This document shows, piece after piece, positions 47,306 through 57,167 of a stretch of 64,000 bases of DNA. The notes beneath the pieces were generated by a model. It worked only from the letters and a program-made list of their open reading frames with translations. It was not told where the DNA came from and did no database searches. Position 1 is the first letter of the stretch. Each line of letters opens with the position of its first letter. Location: contig CAVSWO010000001.1 of NCBI GenBank assembly GCA_963731735.1, positions 64,761 through 128,760 on the forward strand, read 5' to 3'. Origin of the DNA: Candidatus Kerfeldbacteria bacterium (GTDB lineage Bacteria > Patescibacteriota > Patescibacteriia > SBBC01 > CAIJZX01). The translations under genes were made by a program, and so were the position numbers.

Positions 47306-49417
47306 CTATTTTTCTACCAACGAAAATACCCGTGAAACTGATGAGTCTGTTTTCCAACTGACCGATTGTTTTTGCGACTGACCGCTGGTCGGTGAATAGG
47401 ACCGAATCGCACCCTTGGCCAACTTGGCCGTAACCTGCCAATCCCGGCTGGGCGCGCCCGGTTGTTTTTGCCAGGTCAGCGACCAATCGGTATCGGTTCG
47501 GGGGGTCGAAAACGTGAAGGTGAGCGTATCGGATTTTCCGGGCGCCAATAAACTCCAGGCCCCAAACACTTTACGGCCACTTTCTTCCGTTATCCGTAAG
47601 CCGCGATCCGGTTCCACTAGAATTTTGCCCTCGGCTTGGTCAAGTTTTTTCGAGCGCTGTGTCTCGTCAGCCGGCGTCATATAAAAACCAGCCGGTAACG
47701 TAGCGGCTCCGGATACGTTCTTGAAGGTGGCGCTGGCCGGTGCATAGACTCGGATAAAGTCCCGATTGGTTTGGCCCGTCAAAGGATCATCAGTCTGTCC
47801 GTGATGCTGACGGTGAACGGCGACGGTGTAATTGACGACGTCAGACTTTATATCGGCGGTAACGGCCACCGCGGTATCGATGACCCGATCCGTTTTTCCG
47901 CCACCCAAATTTGTATCAACCACCGCCAGACTATCCCCAGTTTTTGGGGTGACCAACGCCCCATCCCAGCCTAAGCGGGTAACCGCGTCTTGAACGGCGG
48001 TAGCTCGGCTGGTAATTAGAACGTTGGATTCGGCCGCCTGGGTCAGTGTAATGGCCACCGCCTGGAGGGCTTCCGGCGCCGTAAATTTCGTCATGGCTTT
48101 GAATAAAGCGGGAATCAGGTCCAGTAAAAATTCTTTGGGATTATTCAAGGCAATATCATAGCCAAATTCAACTTGCAGTTCCGTGGCCCGGACAAAATTA
48201 TCAGCCGTAATTTCCGTTTGGTAGCCCTGGGGAGTGATCGGCCCGGTCAACCGGAGTAGATCCTCGACCAGGGCGGGGGTTAGATAGATCACCCCCTGTG
48301 GTCGAAAGCCGCGCGCCTGTTCGTAAAAGTCTAGCAGAAAATCCGATGATGTCGGAACATCAAAAAACCAGTTGGCGTCATGGAAGGTCCAGTACGGCGC
48401 GACGGATAATATCGGTTCGGGCGGCAAGCTCGTATGCGGAATTTGAGCCGTCAAATCAAATGGCCCGGTCACCGGCGCATCCAATACCTTAAAGGTTCCC
48501 CGATCGAATTTGACCAATAAGAAGGTGCCGATAAATCCCCCGGTGGCCCGGAGTTCGTCATTGTTTTCAAAGACCACCAGATACTCTTGAGGTTTCGCCT
48601 GACCAAATAAGCCGGTCAATAAGGTTACCACGTCATGCAATCGGGTACTGCTCCCGATCAACGAAGCGTCAGCCAATTGCCAAGCGTGAAATTGTTCGCG
48701 ATAGGCGGCCGGAACGGCGCCGAGTTGAACTTGATGTAACGCATCGCGGGCGGCTTCAATATGGGCGATAACCGGCTCCAGCCGATCGGGCTGGGCCAGC
48801 AACGGCGTCAAAAAACCTAAATTGCCGGAAATGATCCCCTTAGTGTTTACCTGTGGCAAAGGATCGACCGGCGGCGCGGCCGCGATTAAATCGCTGGCCA
48901 AACGACCGGCTTCCGAGGCTTCCCGCCCGGCGCTCAAGAGGGCTTCAGCTGAGCGAACCCGACTGCCAGCCCACGGCACCGTCCGGACCACCGACAACGG
49001 GAGGCCGAAATCATGACGCAAGGTGGTCTCGGCGGTTTGTAATTCGTTGGCGGCCTGGCCAAATTTCTGGCCGGCGGTTTTGGGTTGATTTTGACTGAGG
49101 GCTTGACCGGCAGCCTGTAGCGTTTGGAGGGCCTGTTTGGCCTGATCCTGGACCCGTCCGACGGTGCCAGCCGCCTGGACAATTTTCCAGCCGCCCCAAA
49201 CGCAACCGGACACAACGCCCACTAACACGACAAACTTAGCGGTTTCTCGAAGAAAGCGAGTCCGGTCAAACCGTGAACGACTTGGGTTATGCGTTGGCGA
49301 TGCTGCGTGTTTGGTCCCCGACCAACGTGGAAATTTCCGGCGTGGCCGCTTTTCCTGACGGGCACGATCTTCCGCTACCTGACGGAGATCCAGGACATTA
49401 TTCGGTTGTGCGCTCAC
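47306..49417 (-). CDS. DUF4012 domain membrane-anchored protein
   Basis: YLVVFENNDELRATGGFIG, DANWFFD.P, N.GGGKTD, R+Y.P, QKQPG. Start approximate (GTG 49417). Confidence 0.85.
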   Translation of the reverse strand: MSAQPNNVLDLRQVAEDRARQEKRPRRKFPRWSGTKHAASPTHNPSRSRFDRTRFLRETAKFVVLVGVVSGCVWGGWKIVQAAGTVGRVQDQAKQALQTLQAAGQALSQNQPKTAGQKFGQAANELQTAETTLRHDFGLPLSVVRTVPWAGSRVRSAEALLSAGREASEAGRLASDLIAAAPPVDPLPQVNTKGIISGNLGFLTPLLAQPDRLEPVIAHIEAARDALHQVQLGAVPAAYREQFHAWQLADASLIGSSTRLHDVVTLLTGLFGQAKPQEYLVVFENNDELRATGGFIGTFLLVKFDRGTFKVLDAPVTGPFDLTAQIPHTSLPPEPILSVAPYWTFHDANWFFDVPTSSDFLLDFYEQARGFRPQGVIYLTPALVEDLLRLTGPITPQGYQTEITADNFVRATELQVEFGYDIALNNPKEFLLDLIPALFKAMTKFTAPEALQAVAITLTQAAESNVLITSRATAVQDAVTRLGWDGALVTPKTGDSLAVVDTNLGGGKTDRVIDTAVAVTADIKSDVVNYTVAVHRQHHGQTDDPLTGQTNRDFIRVYAPASATFKNVSGAATLPAGFYMTPADETQRSKKLDQAEGKILVEPDRGLRITEESGRKVFGAWSLLAPGKSDTLTFTFSTPRTDTDWSLTWQKQPGAPSRDWQVTAKLAKGAIRSYSPTSGQSQKQSVSWKTDSSVSRVFSLVEK

Positions 49418-50531
49418 GGATGCCTCCAACTGATTGATAAACACTGAGCGTTGCGCGCGCCATATCGGACCAAGAGAATCGGGTCAGTCGTTCTTTGCCG
49501 GCTGCGATCAACTGCTCACGCTCTAGTTTATCATGAAGTGCGTGATCAATCGACCGGGCGATGGCCTGAGTATCCTGCGGGTCAAAATAGCGGGCGGCCG
49601 CTCCGAAGATTTCCGGTAAGCATGAAGCCTTCGACGCGTAGACCGGAATTCCGGCCTGCATCGCTTCCAACCCCGGCAAGCCGAAGCCTTCATACAGTGA
49701 CGGGAAAAAATAGGCTTGGGCATGCTGGTACAATGCGGCTAGTTGATGGTCTTCCGCAAAACCGAACCATTGCAGGCCGGTTATGTTTCGATCAGCCGCG
49801 TACTGCTGGAGTCGACGAGAAAAATAATCACGTTTTCCAACCAAGACGAGTTGCGCCTGCGTGGCCGCGTTTGCAATCTGCCAGGCATCAATTAACCGTT
49901 CCAAATTTTTATGCGGATAAGAATTTCCGACATACAGTACGTAGGGCGGCCGAATTCCTTTCGCGGTCAGGCTTGACCACTCGGCCGGCGGCGGCAGCGG
50001 ATCAACGGCTTCATAGGTCACCGTTAATTTTTCGATTGGCACGTGAAACTGTCGATGCACATCTTGTTTGGTATATTCCGAAACACAAATGATGGCCTGG
50101 GCTCGGCGAATAGCTCGGGTAATCACCCACCGATAGGCCAGGTACTTGATCCAATAAAAGAGCGGGCCTAAGGTCGAAGCCCGGGCCGTCGGGTATCGAT
50201 GCAGCGTTAAATCGTGAATCGTTACCACAAAGGCGCCGCGGTACCCAACCGGGACATTAAAATGCGGGAAGTGCATCAAATCAAGTTTGGCTTGATGTAA
50301 AATTTTTGGAAATTGGCGTTGCTCAGTCAGGCTATACCAGCGAAAGTCAGCCCGAACTTTTGTCCAGCGCTCATTCGGCGGTTCCCAGTGTTCCCAAGCT
50401 TCCGATCGCAAAAAGACCACGTACTGATTGTGGGTATCCTGACGTGCTAAATGCGTCAACAGGCGTTCGACGTAGCGACCCAGGCCGCTTTCCTGTGGGC
50501 CGAAAAACCGCGCGTCAATACCGATTCGCAC
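49398..50531 (-). CDS. glycosyltransferase family 4
   Basis: IGIDAR, VVTIHDL, PHKN, FPSLYEGFGLPGLEAM. Confidence 0.92.
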   Translation of the reverse strand: MRIGIDARFFGPQESGLGRYVERLLTHLARQDTHNQYVVFLRSEAWEHWEPPNERWTKVRADFRWYSLTEQRQFPKILHQAKLDLMHFPHFNVPVGYRGAFVVTIHDLTLHRYPTARASTLGPLFYWIKYLAYRWVITRAIRRAQAIICVSEYTKQDVHRQFHVPIEKLTVTYEAVDPLPPPAEWSSLTAKGIRPPYVLYVGNSYPHKNLERLIDAWQIANAATQAQLVLVGKRDYFSRRLQQYAADRNITGLQWFGFAEDHQLAALYQHAQAYFFPSLYEGFGLPGLEAMQAGIPVYASKASCLPEIFGAAARYFDPQDTQAIARSIDHALHDKLEREQLIAAGKERLTRFSWSDMARATLSVYQSVGGIRERTTE

Positions 50532-50540
50532 CGAAGACTC

Positions 50541-51152
50541 CTAGCGCAAATAATGTCGGAAAGCCGCCACTCCGACGCCGAAAACAAAACTCAAAACTAA
50601 GGCGATCCCGGCGTAGACCCAGGCATTCGGTCGGCTGGGCGCAATGGCCGCTTCAGATCCAATAATCTCGTAGAGCGATTTACCGGCGGCGTCTTGGTTG
50701 AGGCTGGCCGTCCGATTTTTGAGCACGGTCGAGACTGCTTGTGCAACCGCTTGAGCGCGCTTCTCTGTCCGTTCGGTAAACCGGACGACAATGTTCTGGG
50801 CTGAATATCGTTTGACGTGAAATCGAGAGGTTAAGGCGCTTAAGGAATCGGCCTCGGGATCAAGTTTGGCTTCGGTGTAAATATCATTCACCACCGAGGC
50901 CGTATCAAACCAACTGACCACCGTTTGAGAAAAAATATCAGCCGCCTGCAGCGCATAGTAACCGTCGTATTGATAATCCGGCGTAGCTTCGGCATTGATC
51001 CGGGTCACGGCAAAGCCCTCAGATGCGGCATACCGAACGGGTTGGACGGCGGCTGCAATAAAGGCGGCGGCGGTGGCCACCAACATCATCGACCCAATTA
51101 ACCAGCGTTGCGCCCAGTACAATTTAATATAATCGCGGAGTTCCATTGCCAT
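50541..51152 (-). CDS. Wzz/CpsC-like chain length determinant
   Basis: MELRDY...W, N- and C-terminal TM helices, P.RPN; within the EPS cluster. Confidence 0.7.
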   Translation of the reverse strand: MAMELRDYIKLYWAQRWLIGSMMLVATAAAFIAAAVQPVRYAASEGFAVTRINAEATPDYQYDGYYALQAADIFSQTVVSWFDTASVVNDIYTEAKLDPEADSLSALTSRFHVKRYSAQNIVVRFTERTEKRAQAVAQAVSTVLKNRTASLNQDAAGKSLYEIIGSEAAIAPSRPNAWVYAGIALVLSFVFGVGVAAFRHYLR

Positions 51153-51158
51153 ATGCGC

Positions 51159-52265
51159 TTATGGTAGCTGAGCTTGGTGCTTTTGCCAAGCCTGGTCGAT
51201 GGCCTGCCGCAAGTGGCGTTGGAAGGTTGGCACGCTAAAGCGTTCCGCCCATTCGCGAATTGCGGCTGGATCGTACTCGGTCGGGGTAAAGCGGATGACC
51301 GCGTCAGCCAACGATTCCCACTCCTGCTCCTGAAAAAATACCCCGGTGGAACCGGTCTGGACCGTTTCCCGGGCTCCGCCGGCCGCAAAGGCGATCACCG
51401 GCCGGCCGGTGGCCATGGCTTCGACCGCGGTAATGCCGAAATCTTCCTCCTGGGGATTAATAAAGGCGGTGGCTTGGCCGTATAACTGATTTAACGCCTG
51501 GTCCGGCACTCGGCCCAAGAATTCAATATTCGGTTTGGCCATCCGTTGTAACTGTTTCAGGGTCGGACCCGAGCCATAAATTTTCAGCGGCACATTCAAT
51601 TTATTAAAGGCTTGGACGACTAAATCAAAACGCTTATAGGGTACTAACCGACCGCCGGTCACGTAGTAGCCGCCGTCGCCGGTTCCCAGGGTAAACCGTT
51701 CAACGTTGACCGGTGGGTACAAGACCTGACTCTCGCGCCGATAGTACTTGTGAATTCGGTGCTGCACGGTTTTACTATTGGCCAAGAATTGATCAACCCG
51801 GTCAGCCGCCAGGCGGTCCCACATCCGAATCCGGTTGAGAAAGAAGGGGGCGATGGAGCGTAAAGGTTTGGTATACCGCAATTCATTCACATACTCAATC
51901 GTGTCGCTCCACAGGTACCGGGTCGGACTGTGCAAATAGCAGATGTGCAGGGTCTGGGGTTGGGTGATGATGCCTTTGGCAAAACTGGCTGAACTCGAAA
52001 TCACCAAGTCATAACCGCGGAGATCGAGCCGCTCGATGGCGGTCGGCATCCACGGCAAATACCATTGGTAAAAACGCCGGCCACCCGGCCATCGCTGAAT
52101 GAACGAGGTCCGGATGTCCCGGCCCTTGAAAAATTCGTTGGCGTTTTTTTGATTGTAGACCAGGGTATACAGCGGCGCCTCGGGAAACATCTGCATCATC
52201 ACCTGAACCACGCGCTCGGCGCCGCCATCTTGGGCCAGATGATCATGGACGATTGCGACTTTCAT
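51159..52265 (-). CDS. glycosyltransferase family 4 (WbaZ-like)
   Basis: VHDHL..GGAERV, HSPTRY.W, EDFGITAVEAMA. Confidence 0.92.
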   Translation of the reverse strand: MKVAIVHDHLAQDGGAERVVQVMMQMFPEAPLYTLVYNQKNANEFFKGRDIRTSFIQRWPGGRRFYQWYLPWMPTAIERLDLRGYDLVISSSASFAKGIITQPQTLHICYLHSPTRYLWSDTIEYVNELRYTKPLRSIAPFFLNRIRMWDRLAADRVDQFLANSKTVQHRIHKYYRRESQVLYPPVNVERFTLGTGDGGYYVTGGRLVPYKRFDLVVQAFNKLNVPLKIYGSGPTLKQLQRMAKPNIEFLGRVPDQALNQLYGQATAFINPQEEDFGITAVEAMATGRPVIAFAAGGARETVQTGSTGVFFQEQEWESLADAVIRFTPTEYDPAAIREWAERFSVPTFQRHLRQAIDQAWQKHQAQLP

Positions 52266-52266
52266 G

Positions 52267-53649
52267 CTAGGCGGCGGTTTTCATGGCCACCACCGAACCC
52301 GGCGTACGAACCAAAATCGTCAAATCTAACCCGAGCGACCAATGTTCGATATAATACGTGTCCAAGCGGACCTCTTCTTCAAAGCTTAAATTGGACCGAC
52401 CGGAAATTTGGGCCATGCCGGTCAGCCCGGGTTTGATGGTCAGCAGTTTCTTATGGTGCTTTTCATACCGGGCGACTTCTTCCGGTTCATGCGGCCGCGG
52501 CCCGACTAAACTCATTTCGCCCCGCAAAATATTCCATAACTGCGGCAATTCATCTAAACTCGTCTTCCGTAAAAATTTTCCCACCCGGGTGATGCGCGGA
52601 TCATTGGCAATTTTAAAGAGTGGTCCGTCGGCCCGTTCGTTGTGCTCCATCAGCTGAGATTTCATGGCATGGGCATTCCGCACCATCGACCGGAATTTCC
52701 AAAGTCCGAAACGCCGTTGCCCCTCCCCAACCCGTTCGAGGCGGATAAAAATCGGCCCGGCCGAATCAAGTTTAACCGCGATCGCGATTAGCACGCCCGG
52801 AATACAGGCGATCAGCAAGCCTAAGACGGCCCCGAGCATATCAAAGGCCCGCTTGCCGATCCGTCCCCAGCCGTCCAGCGGGGTGCGCTTGAGTTCCATA
52901 ACCGGAATGCCGGCCAACGAATCAAGCTCAACCTGCGTGGCATGCGCGTCAAACACATCGGCCGCATAGGAGAACCGCACGTTATATTCAAGACAGCGAT
53001 CGATCAACACCTGGGTTTGGCTGCGTGGCAGATTGGCATCAGCTTGAATCACTAAATCGATTTGGTGCGAGCGTAAAAGTTCATCGAGTTCATCAAAAAT
53101 TTCCGGGCCGGCCGTTTCCCAATGCTTGGTAACATGCAGGCCAATATTTTTTGAATGAACCCGCTCCAGCAATTCATGAGTCGTCGGGTCATTCCCGATT
53201 ACGATAATTTGCCGGACGCCAATCCCCCGTCGGTACAGCAAGTGCCGTACCAGGCGCATCAAAAGGTGCGTTAGCCAGACAAACACAATCGCCAGCAGCC
53301 AACCGGCTAAAATGATAAACCGCGACGAAAAAAATTCGCGCTGGAAAAAAATCAGCACGATAATCAGCAGCACGCCGGTTGAAATACCCAGGAAAATCCG
53401 CCCCAGTTCGGCCGTTAATCGTTGCGGTCGAATCGGATAGACACCGGCTAAACCTAAAATTGCGACCCAGCCAATGGCCACGATTATCACGGTTCGAATG
53501 TATCCGCCGAAGGGAATCGGGTTGGCCGCCGGTAAAACCCCGGTCAACTGATCAAAACGAACGGTGTACGCGAACCAGCCGGCCATCACCAAGACGGTGA
53601 TGTCGAGCAGGACCTGGAATGCCGCAAACGAGAGTTCTGTACGCTTCAT
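52267..53649 (-). CDS. polyprenyl-phosphate phosphoglycosyl (sugar) transferase, WcaJ/WbaP-like
   Basis: KRAFD, KFRSM, DPRITRVG, SLDELPQL, SLVGPRP, KPGLTG. Confidence 0.93.
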   Translation of the reverse strand: MKRTELSFAAFQVLLDITVLVMAGWFAYTVRFDQLTGVLPAANPIPFGGYIRTVIIVAIGWVAILGLAGVYPIRPQRLTAELGRIFLGISTGVLLIIVLIFFQREFFSSRFIILAGWLLAIVFVWLTHLLMRLVRHLLYRRGIGVRQIIVIGNDPTTHELLERVHSKNIGLHVTKHWETAGPEIFDELDELLRSHQIDLVIQADANLPRSQTQVLIDRCLEYNVRFSYAADVFDAHATQVELDSLAGIPVMELKRTPLDGWGRIGKRAFDMLGAVLGLLIACIPGVLIAIAVKLDSAGPIFIRLERVGEGQRRFGLWKFRSMVRNAHAMKSQLMEHNERADGPLFKIANDPRITRVGKFLRKTSLDELPQLWNILRGEMSLVGPRPHEPEEVARYEKHHKKLLTIKPGLTGMAQISGRSNLSFEEEVRLDTYYIEHWSLGLDLTILVRTPGSVVAMKTAA

Positions 53650-53666
53650 GTGTATTCATGCCCGGC

Positions 53667-54297
53667 TTCAGACCACCGATAAGCCGAATTCTGTCAACCT
53701 CCGCCGGAGGCTACGGTTGACAAGTTCCCTTTCCGGGGATGCTTGCCGGCCGAAGTCTCCGACGCAGGCCGGATGATCATCTCTCTTGGACGGACATTGC
53801 TGCCCGCCTCATGCGATCTACCCGCCCCGCACACCGAGCTGGTGTGGGAGCCTATGCGATCTTGCACCGGAGAGGGTTTACCCGTCCCGATAGTCACCTA
53901 TCGGGACCGTGGGCTCTTACTTTACCCGCCGAAGCGAGGTATCCCTCACGATGGAGGGCCCACGATTTCACCCTTACTTGAGTCTTGCCCTTGGGTTGGC
54001 ATCTCAGCTGTGACTGCCGGTCAGAGACCCGCAGACTGGCCAGTGTGATGCTCCAAGGTGAAGTGCCTGAATAATTCAGACGAAGCAATTCCCGAGCGGT
54101 ATGTTTCTGTTGCACTAATCCCTAGGCTTGGCCCCCACGCCAATACACACGCGCCGGTGTGCATTGGTGTGGGGGTTACTCCCGGTTGCCGTTAGCAACT
54201 CTCCTTGACCCTGCATGTCTGCAGGAGGTGTTCGGACTTTCCTCCCACCGAAACGCACTTGCGTGCACACCGGCGGGCGATCATCTGGTGGTCTGAA
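53667..54297 (-). ncRNA. rnpB: RNase P RNA (enlarged, ~630 nt)
   Basis: P1 TTCAGACCACC/GGTGGTCTGAA; GAGGAAAGTCC, AGTGCAACAGAAA, GGGTGAAA, GGTAAACC, ACAGAATTCGGCTTA. Confidence 0.93.
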
Positions 54298-54309
54298 AAG
54301 GGCTGGTGC

Positions 54310-54338
54310 AGCGTACAACAAAGCCGACCGTTTGTCAA
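54310..54338 (-). promoter_or_regulatory. rnpB promoter
   Basis: TTGACA, 17 nt spacer, TACGCT, 12 nt upstream of P1. Confidence 0.7.
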
Positions 54339-54351
54339 TCGGAAGTTGCAA

Positions 54352-55452
54352 TTATCCGATGCGCTTTTCTTCGAACCCGAAGGTGAAAATCGCCAAGGCG
54401 ATCATGACCACCGCCCAGCCCGAAATCCAGTAGAGCTGCGTAGCTACGTCGCCAATCCCGGCGCCGTTGGCCACTACATCACGCAAGCCGGTGGCAAACG
54501 GGTGGAGCGGAAAATAGACCACCAAATGCTGTAACCATTGCGGCATGCTGGTGGTTGGAAAGAAAACCCCGGACAGGAAAAGCATCGGGAAGACGATCAG
54601 GTTGGCGATAGCCGGAACCGCGTCCACTGTTTTGGCAATGCCCGAAATGGTAAAGCCCAGTCCCAGGAACATCACGCCGCCCAGGATCACGAACAAGGCA
54701 ATCAGCCACCAGGCGCCATAGACATGGGTATGGAAAATCAGGGCCCCAAAGGCCAGCAAGACAATGGCTTGGAACACCGCCACGATGAGACGGGTAATCA
54801 CCTGAGCGGTCACAAACTGCTGCGGCTTCATCGGCGTAGCCAATAACCGTTTCAGAATCCCCTTCTCTTTATAATCGGTGAAGACGAAGGCTACCGAGAA
54901 GACCGCCATTTGCATCACCGACATGGCCACGATGCCGGGCACGAGGAAATCAATGTAACTGACATCCTTGGCGTTGATGTTTTGAACGTCCAGATTGAAC
55001 AGCGTCGGCGCCTGGGCGTAGGCCAGGGTGGTTCGATCCAAAACTTGGTTAATAATGGCCAGCGCTGTTTGAGCTGATTGTTCTTGGCTAACATTTTTAA
55101 AAACCGTGATTGTTTGCGGTTCGGTGACGGCCTGACCCGGGGCCGGAAATAACTGGTCAGGAATTTGCAGTACTAATGAGCGATCACCATTCTCGAGCGC
55201 TTGTTTTTCCGCCGCTAAGCTCCCCTTGGTGATATCCAAGACATCAATCGAGCCCAGGCTAGCAACAAACTCGGTGGTTGCCTGGTCCGGCTGGTGTAAT
55301 ACGACACCCAAATTTATTTTCTGCGGTTTATCAAAACCAATCAACCCGAAAATACCGATAAAAATAAACGGCATGAACAAGGTGAAGAACAGGGCCTGCC
55401 GGTTGCGCAGGAACATTTTAATTGAAGCCAGGGTCAGAACTTTTGTGGTCAT
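54352..55452 (-). CDS. ABC-2 type transporter permease
   Basis: YIDFLVPG, KEKGILKRLLATP, FLSGVFFP..MP.WLQ. Confidence 0.9.
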   Translation of the reverse strand: MTTKVLTLASIKMFLRNRQALFFTLFMPFIFIGIFGLIGFDKPQKINLGVVLHQPDQATTEFVASLGSIDVLDITKGSLAAEKQALENGDRSLVLQIPDQLFPAPGQAVTEPQTITVFKNVSQEQSAQTALAIINQVLDRTTLAYAQAPTLFNLDVQNINAKDVSYIDFLVPGIVAMSVMQMAVFSVAFVFTDYKEKGILKRLLATPMKPQQFVTAQVITRLIVAVFQAIVLLAFGALIFHTHVYGAWWLIALFVILGGVMFLGLGFTISGIAKTVDAVPAIANLIVFPMLFLSGVFFPTTSMPQWLQHLVVYFPLHPFATGLRDVVANGAGIGDVATQLYWISGWAVVMIALAIFTFGFEEKRIG

Positions 55453-55456
55453 AGCA

Positions 55457-56374
55457 TTATTCGCGTAAACTTCGGCCAGTCAGCTTTAAGAAGACATCTT
55501 CGAGCGTGGCAGTCTGCATGTGGAGGTTCGTGACCGTTACCCCGGCTTTGGCTTTCAGTGCAAAGGTGGCCGGCAAGACCGTTTCCGGCTGCTTGGTAAC
55601 GATCCGAACGGTATGATCAATTAATTCGGCCTGCTCTACGCCAGGAATGGCTTGAATCATCGCTATATCAGGTTGTTTATCTACATGTAATTCAATGGTC
55701 GAGCCGACATCGGCTAACTTCAGCAGGCCTTTCGGCGTGTCGAGGGCGATGATTTTGGCGTTGTCCATAATCGCAATCCGGTCACACAGCACTTCCGCCT
55801 CTTCCATGTAGTGGGTGGTCAGGATAATCGTGACACCCTTGGCTTTGATTTGGTTAATCAAATCCCAAAGGTTGCGGCGAGCCTGCGGATCAAGCCCGGT
55901 CGTCGGTTCATCCAGAAACAAGACTTTCGGCTGGTTGACCAGAGCGACCGCGATCGAGAGCCGTTGTTTCTGTCCGCCTGAGAGTTCTTTGACCTGGCTC
56001 TTAAACTTTTCTTCAAGTTGCACTTCGCGCAGTAATTCCAGCGCGTCAACCTTGCGGTTGTACATGGCCGCGAAGGTGTCGATCAGTTCCTTCAAGTTGA
56101 GATTATCGAAAAACGACGAAGATTGCAGCTGAACCCCGATCACCGCTTTGACCTCGCGGGCATGCTTAGCCACATCCTTACCGTCCAAAATAACCGTCCC
56201 GCCGGTAATCTGTTTCAAGCCTTCAATCATCTCCAGGGTGGTGGTTTTCCCGGCGCCGTTTGGACCGAGAATACCGAAGGTCTCGCCTTCGGTCACCGCA
56301 AAACTAATGCCATCAACGGCCGTAAAGTCGTTATAGCGTTTGGTCAGCTTTTCAACAGTGATGATCGATTGCAT
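55457..56374 (-). CDS. ABC transporter ATP-binding protein
   Basis: GPNGAGKT, LSGGQ, LDEPTTGLD. Start at 56374 or 56386. Confidence 0.93.
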   Translation of the reverse strand: MQSIITVEKLTKRYNDFTAVDGISFAVTEGETFGILGPNGAGKTTTLEMIEGLKQITGGTVILDGKDVAKHAREVKAVIGVQLQSSSFFDNLNLKELIDTFAAMYNRKVDALELLREVQLEEKFKSQVKELSGGQKQRLSIAVALVNQPKVLFLDEPTTGLDPQARRNLWDLINQIKAKGVTIILTTHYMEEAEVLCDRIAIMDNAKIIALDTPKGLLKLADVGSTIELHVDKQPDIAMIQAIPGVEQAELIDHTVRIVTKQPETVLPATFALKAKAGVTVTNLHMQTATLEDVFLKLTGRSLRE

Positions 56375-56399
56375 ATTGATGAGCATGCAGTTTACACGA

Positions 56400-57164
56400 T
56401 TATTCGGTTTTTTGGAACTGCCAGACGGCTAAGCCCATAAAGACCGCGGAAAACCCCAGTAAGAACAATATATTTACGTACAGCGGATGCACGAGAACAA
56501 TACTATTCGATCCCAACAAGACGCTCCGAAAGGCGTCAACGCCGTAGGCTAACGGATTAATATTCGTCAGCGCCCGCATCCAGCCGGGAATGCTCTGGAG
56601 CGGGAAAAAGGCTCCCGACAGGAAGAATAACGGGAACAATAAGAACTGCATGACCAGGCCGAAGCTTTCGGTCGATTTCATCCGTGAGGCCAGCAGAATA
56701 CCGAGTCCCGAAATTGCGAACGCCAGCAGCGCGGCCAGGCCCAGCAGCGCCAAGACCGAACCGACCGATAAATGGACGCCAATCAGCGGTGCCAAGAGCA
56801 GCAAAATTGCGGCTTGAGCCAGGGAGTTTGTGGTGCCGCCCAGGGCCTTGGCAATCGCAATCGATACCCGTGAAACCGGAGCCACCAGGATCTCCTTGAG
56901 AAATCCAAACTCGCGGTCGTAGACGATTGAAATTGCGGAAGTCAGGGCGATGCCCATGGTGCCCATGGCGATAATTCCCGGATACATGAACTTCAGGAAG
57001 TCGCCCCCGACGGCCGCCGATTGAATACTGTTTTGCAGTCCCATGCCGAAGATAGCCAGAAACAAGAGCGGTTGGGTAACCGACGTAATCGCCCGGGTCC
57101 GGTTGCGCCAGTAGCGGAGCATTTCCCGGTACCAAATGATGACGATGCCGCGAAGTTCATTCAT
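56400..57164 (-). CDS. ABC-2 type permease (DrrB-like)
   Basis: DREFGFLKEILVAPVSR, FLSGAFFP, NPLAYGVD. Confidence 0.9.
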   Translation of the reverse strand: MNELRGIVIIWYREMLRYWRNRTRAITSVTQPLLFLAIFGMGLQNSIQSAAVGGDFLKFMYPGIIAMGTMGIALTSAISIVYDREFGFLKEILVAPVSRVSIAIAKALGGTTNSLAQAAILLLLAPLIGVHLSVGSVLALLGLAALLAFAISGLGILLASRMKSTESFGLVMQFLLFPLFFLSGAFFPLQSIPGWMRALTNINPLAYGVDAFRSVLLGSNSIVLVHPLYVNILFLLGFSAVFMGLAVWQFQKTE

Positions 57165-57167
57165 AGA

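Noticed and set aside
53694-54351. Several short ORFs
   Set aside because: They overlap the RNase P RNA.
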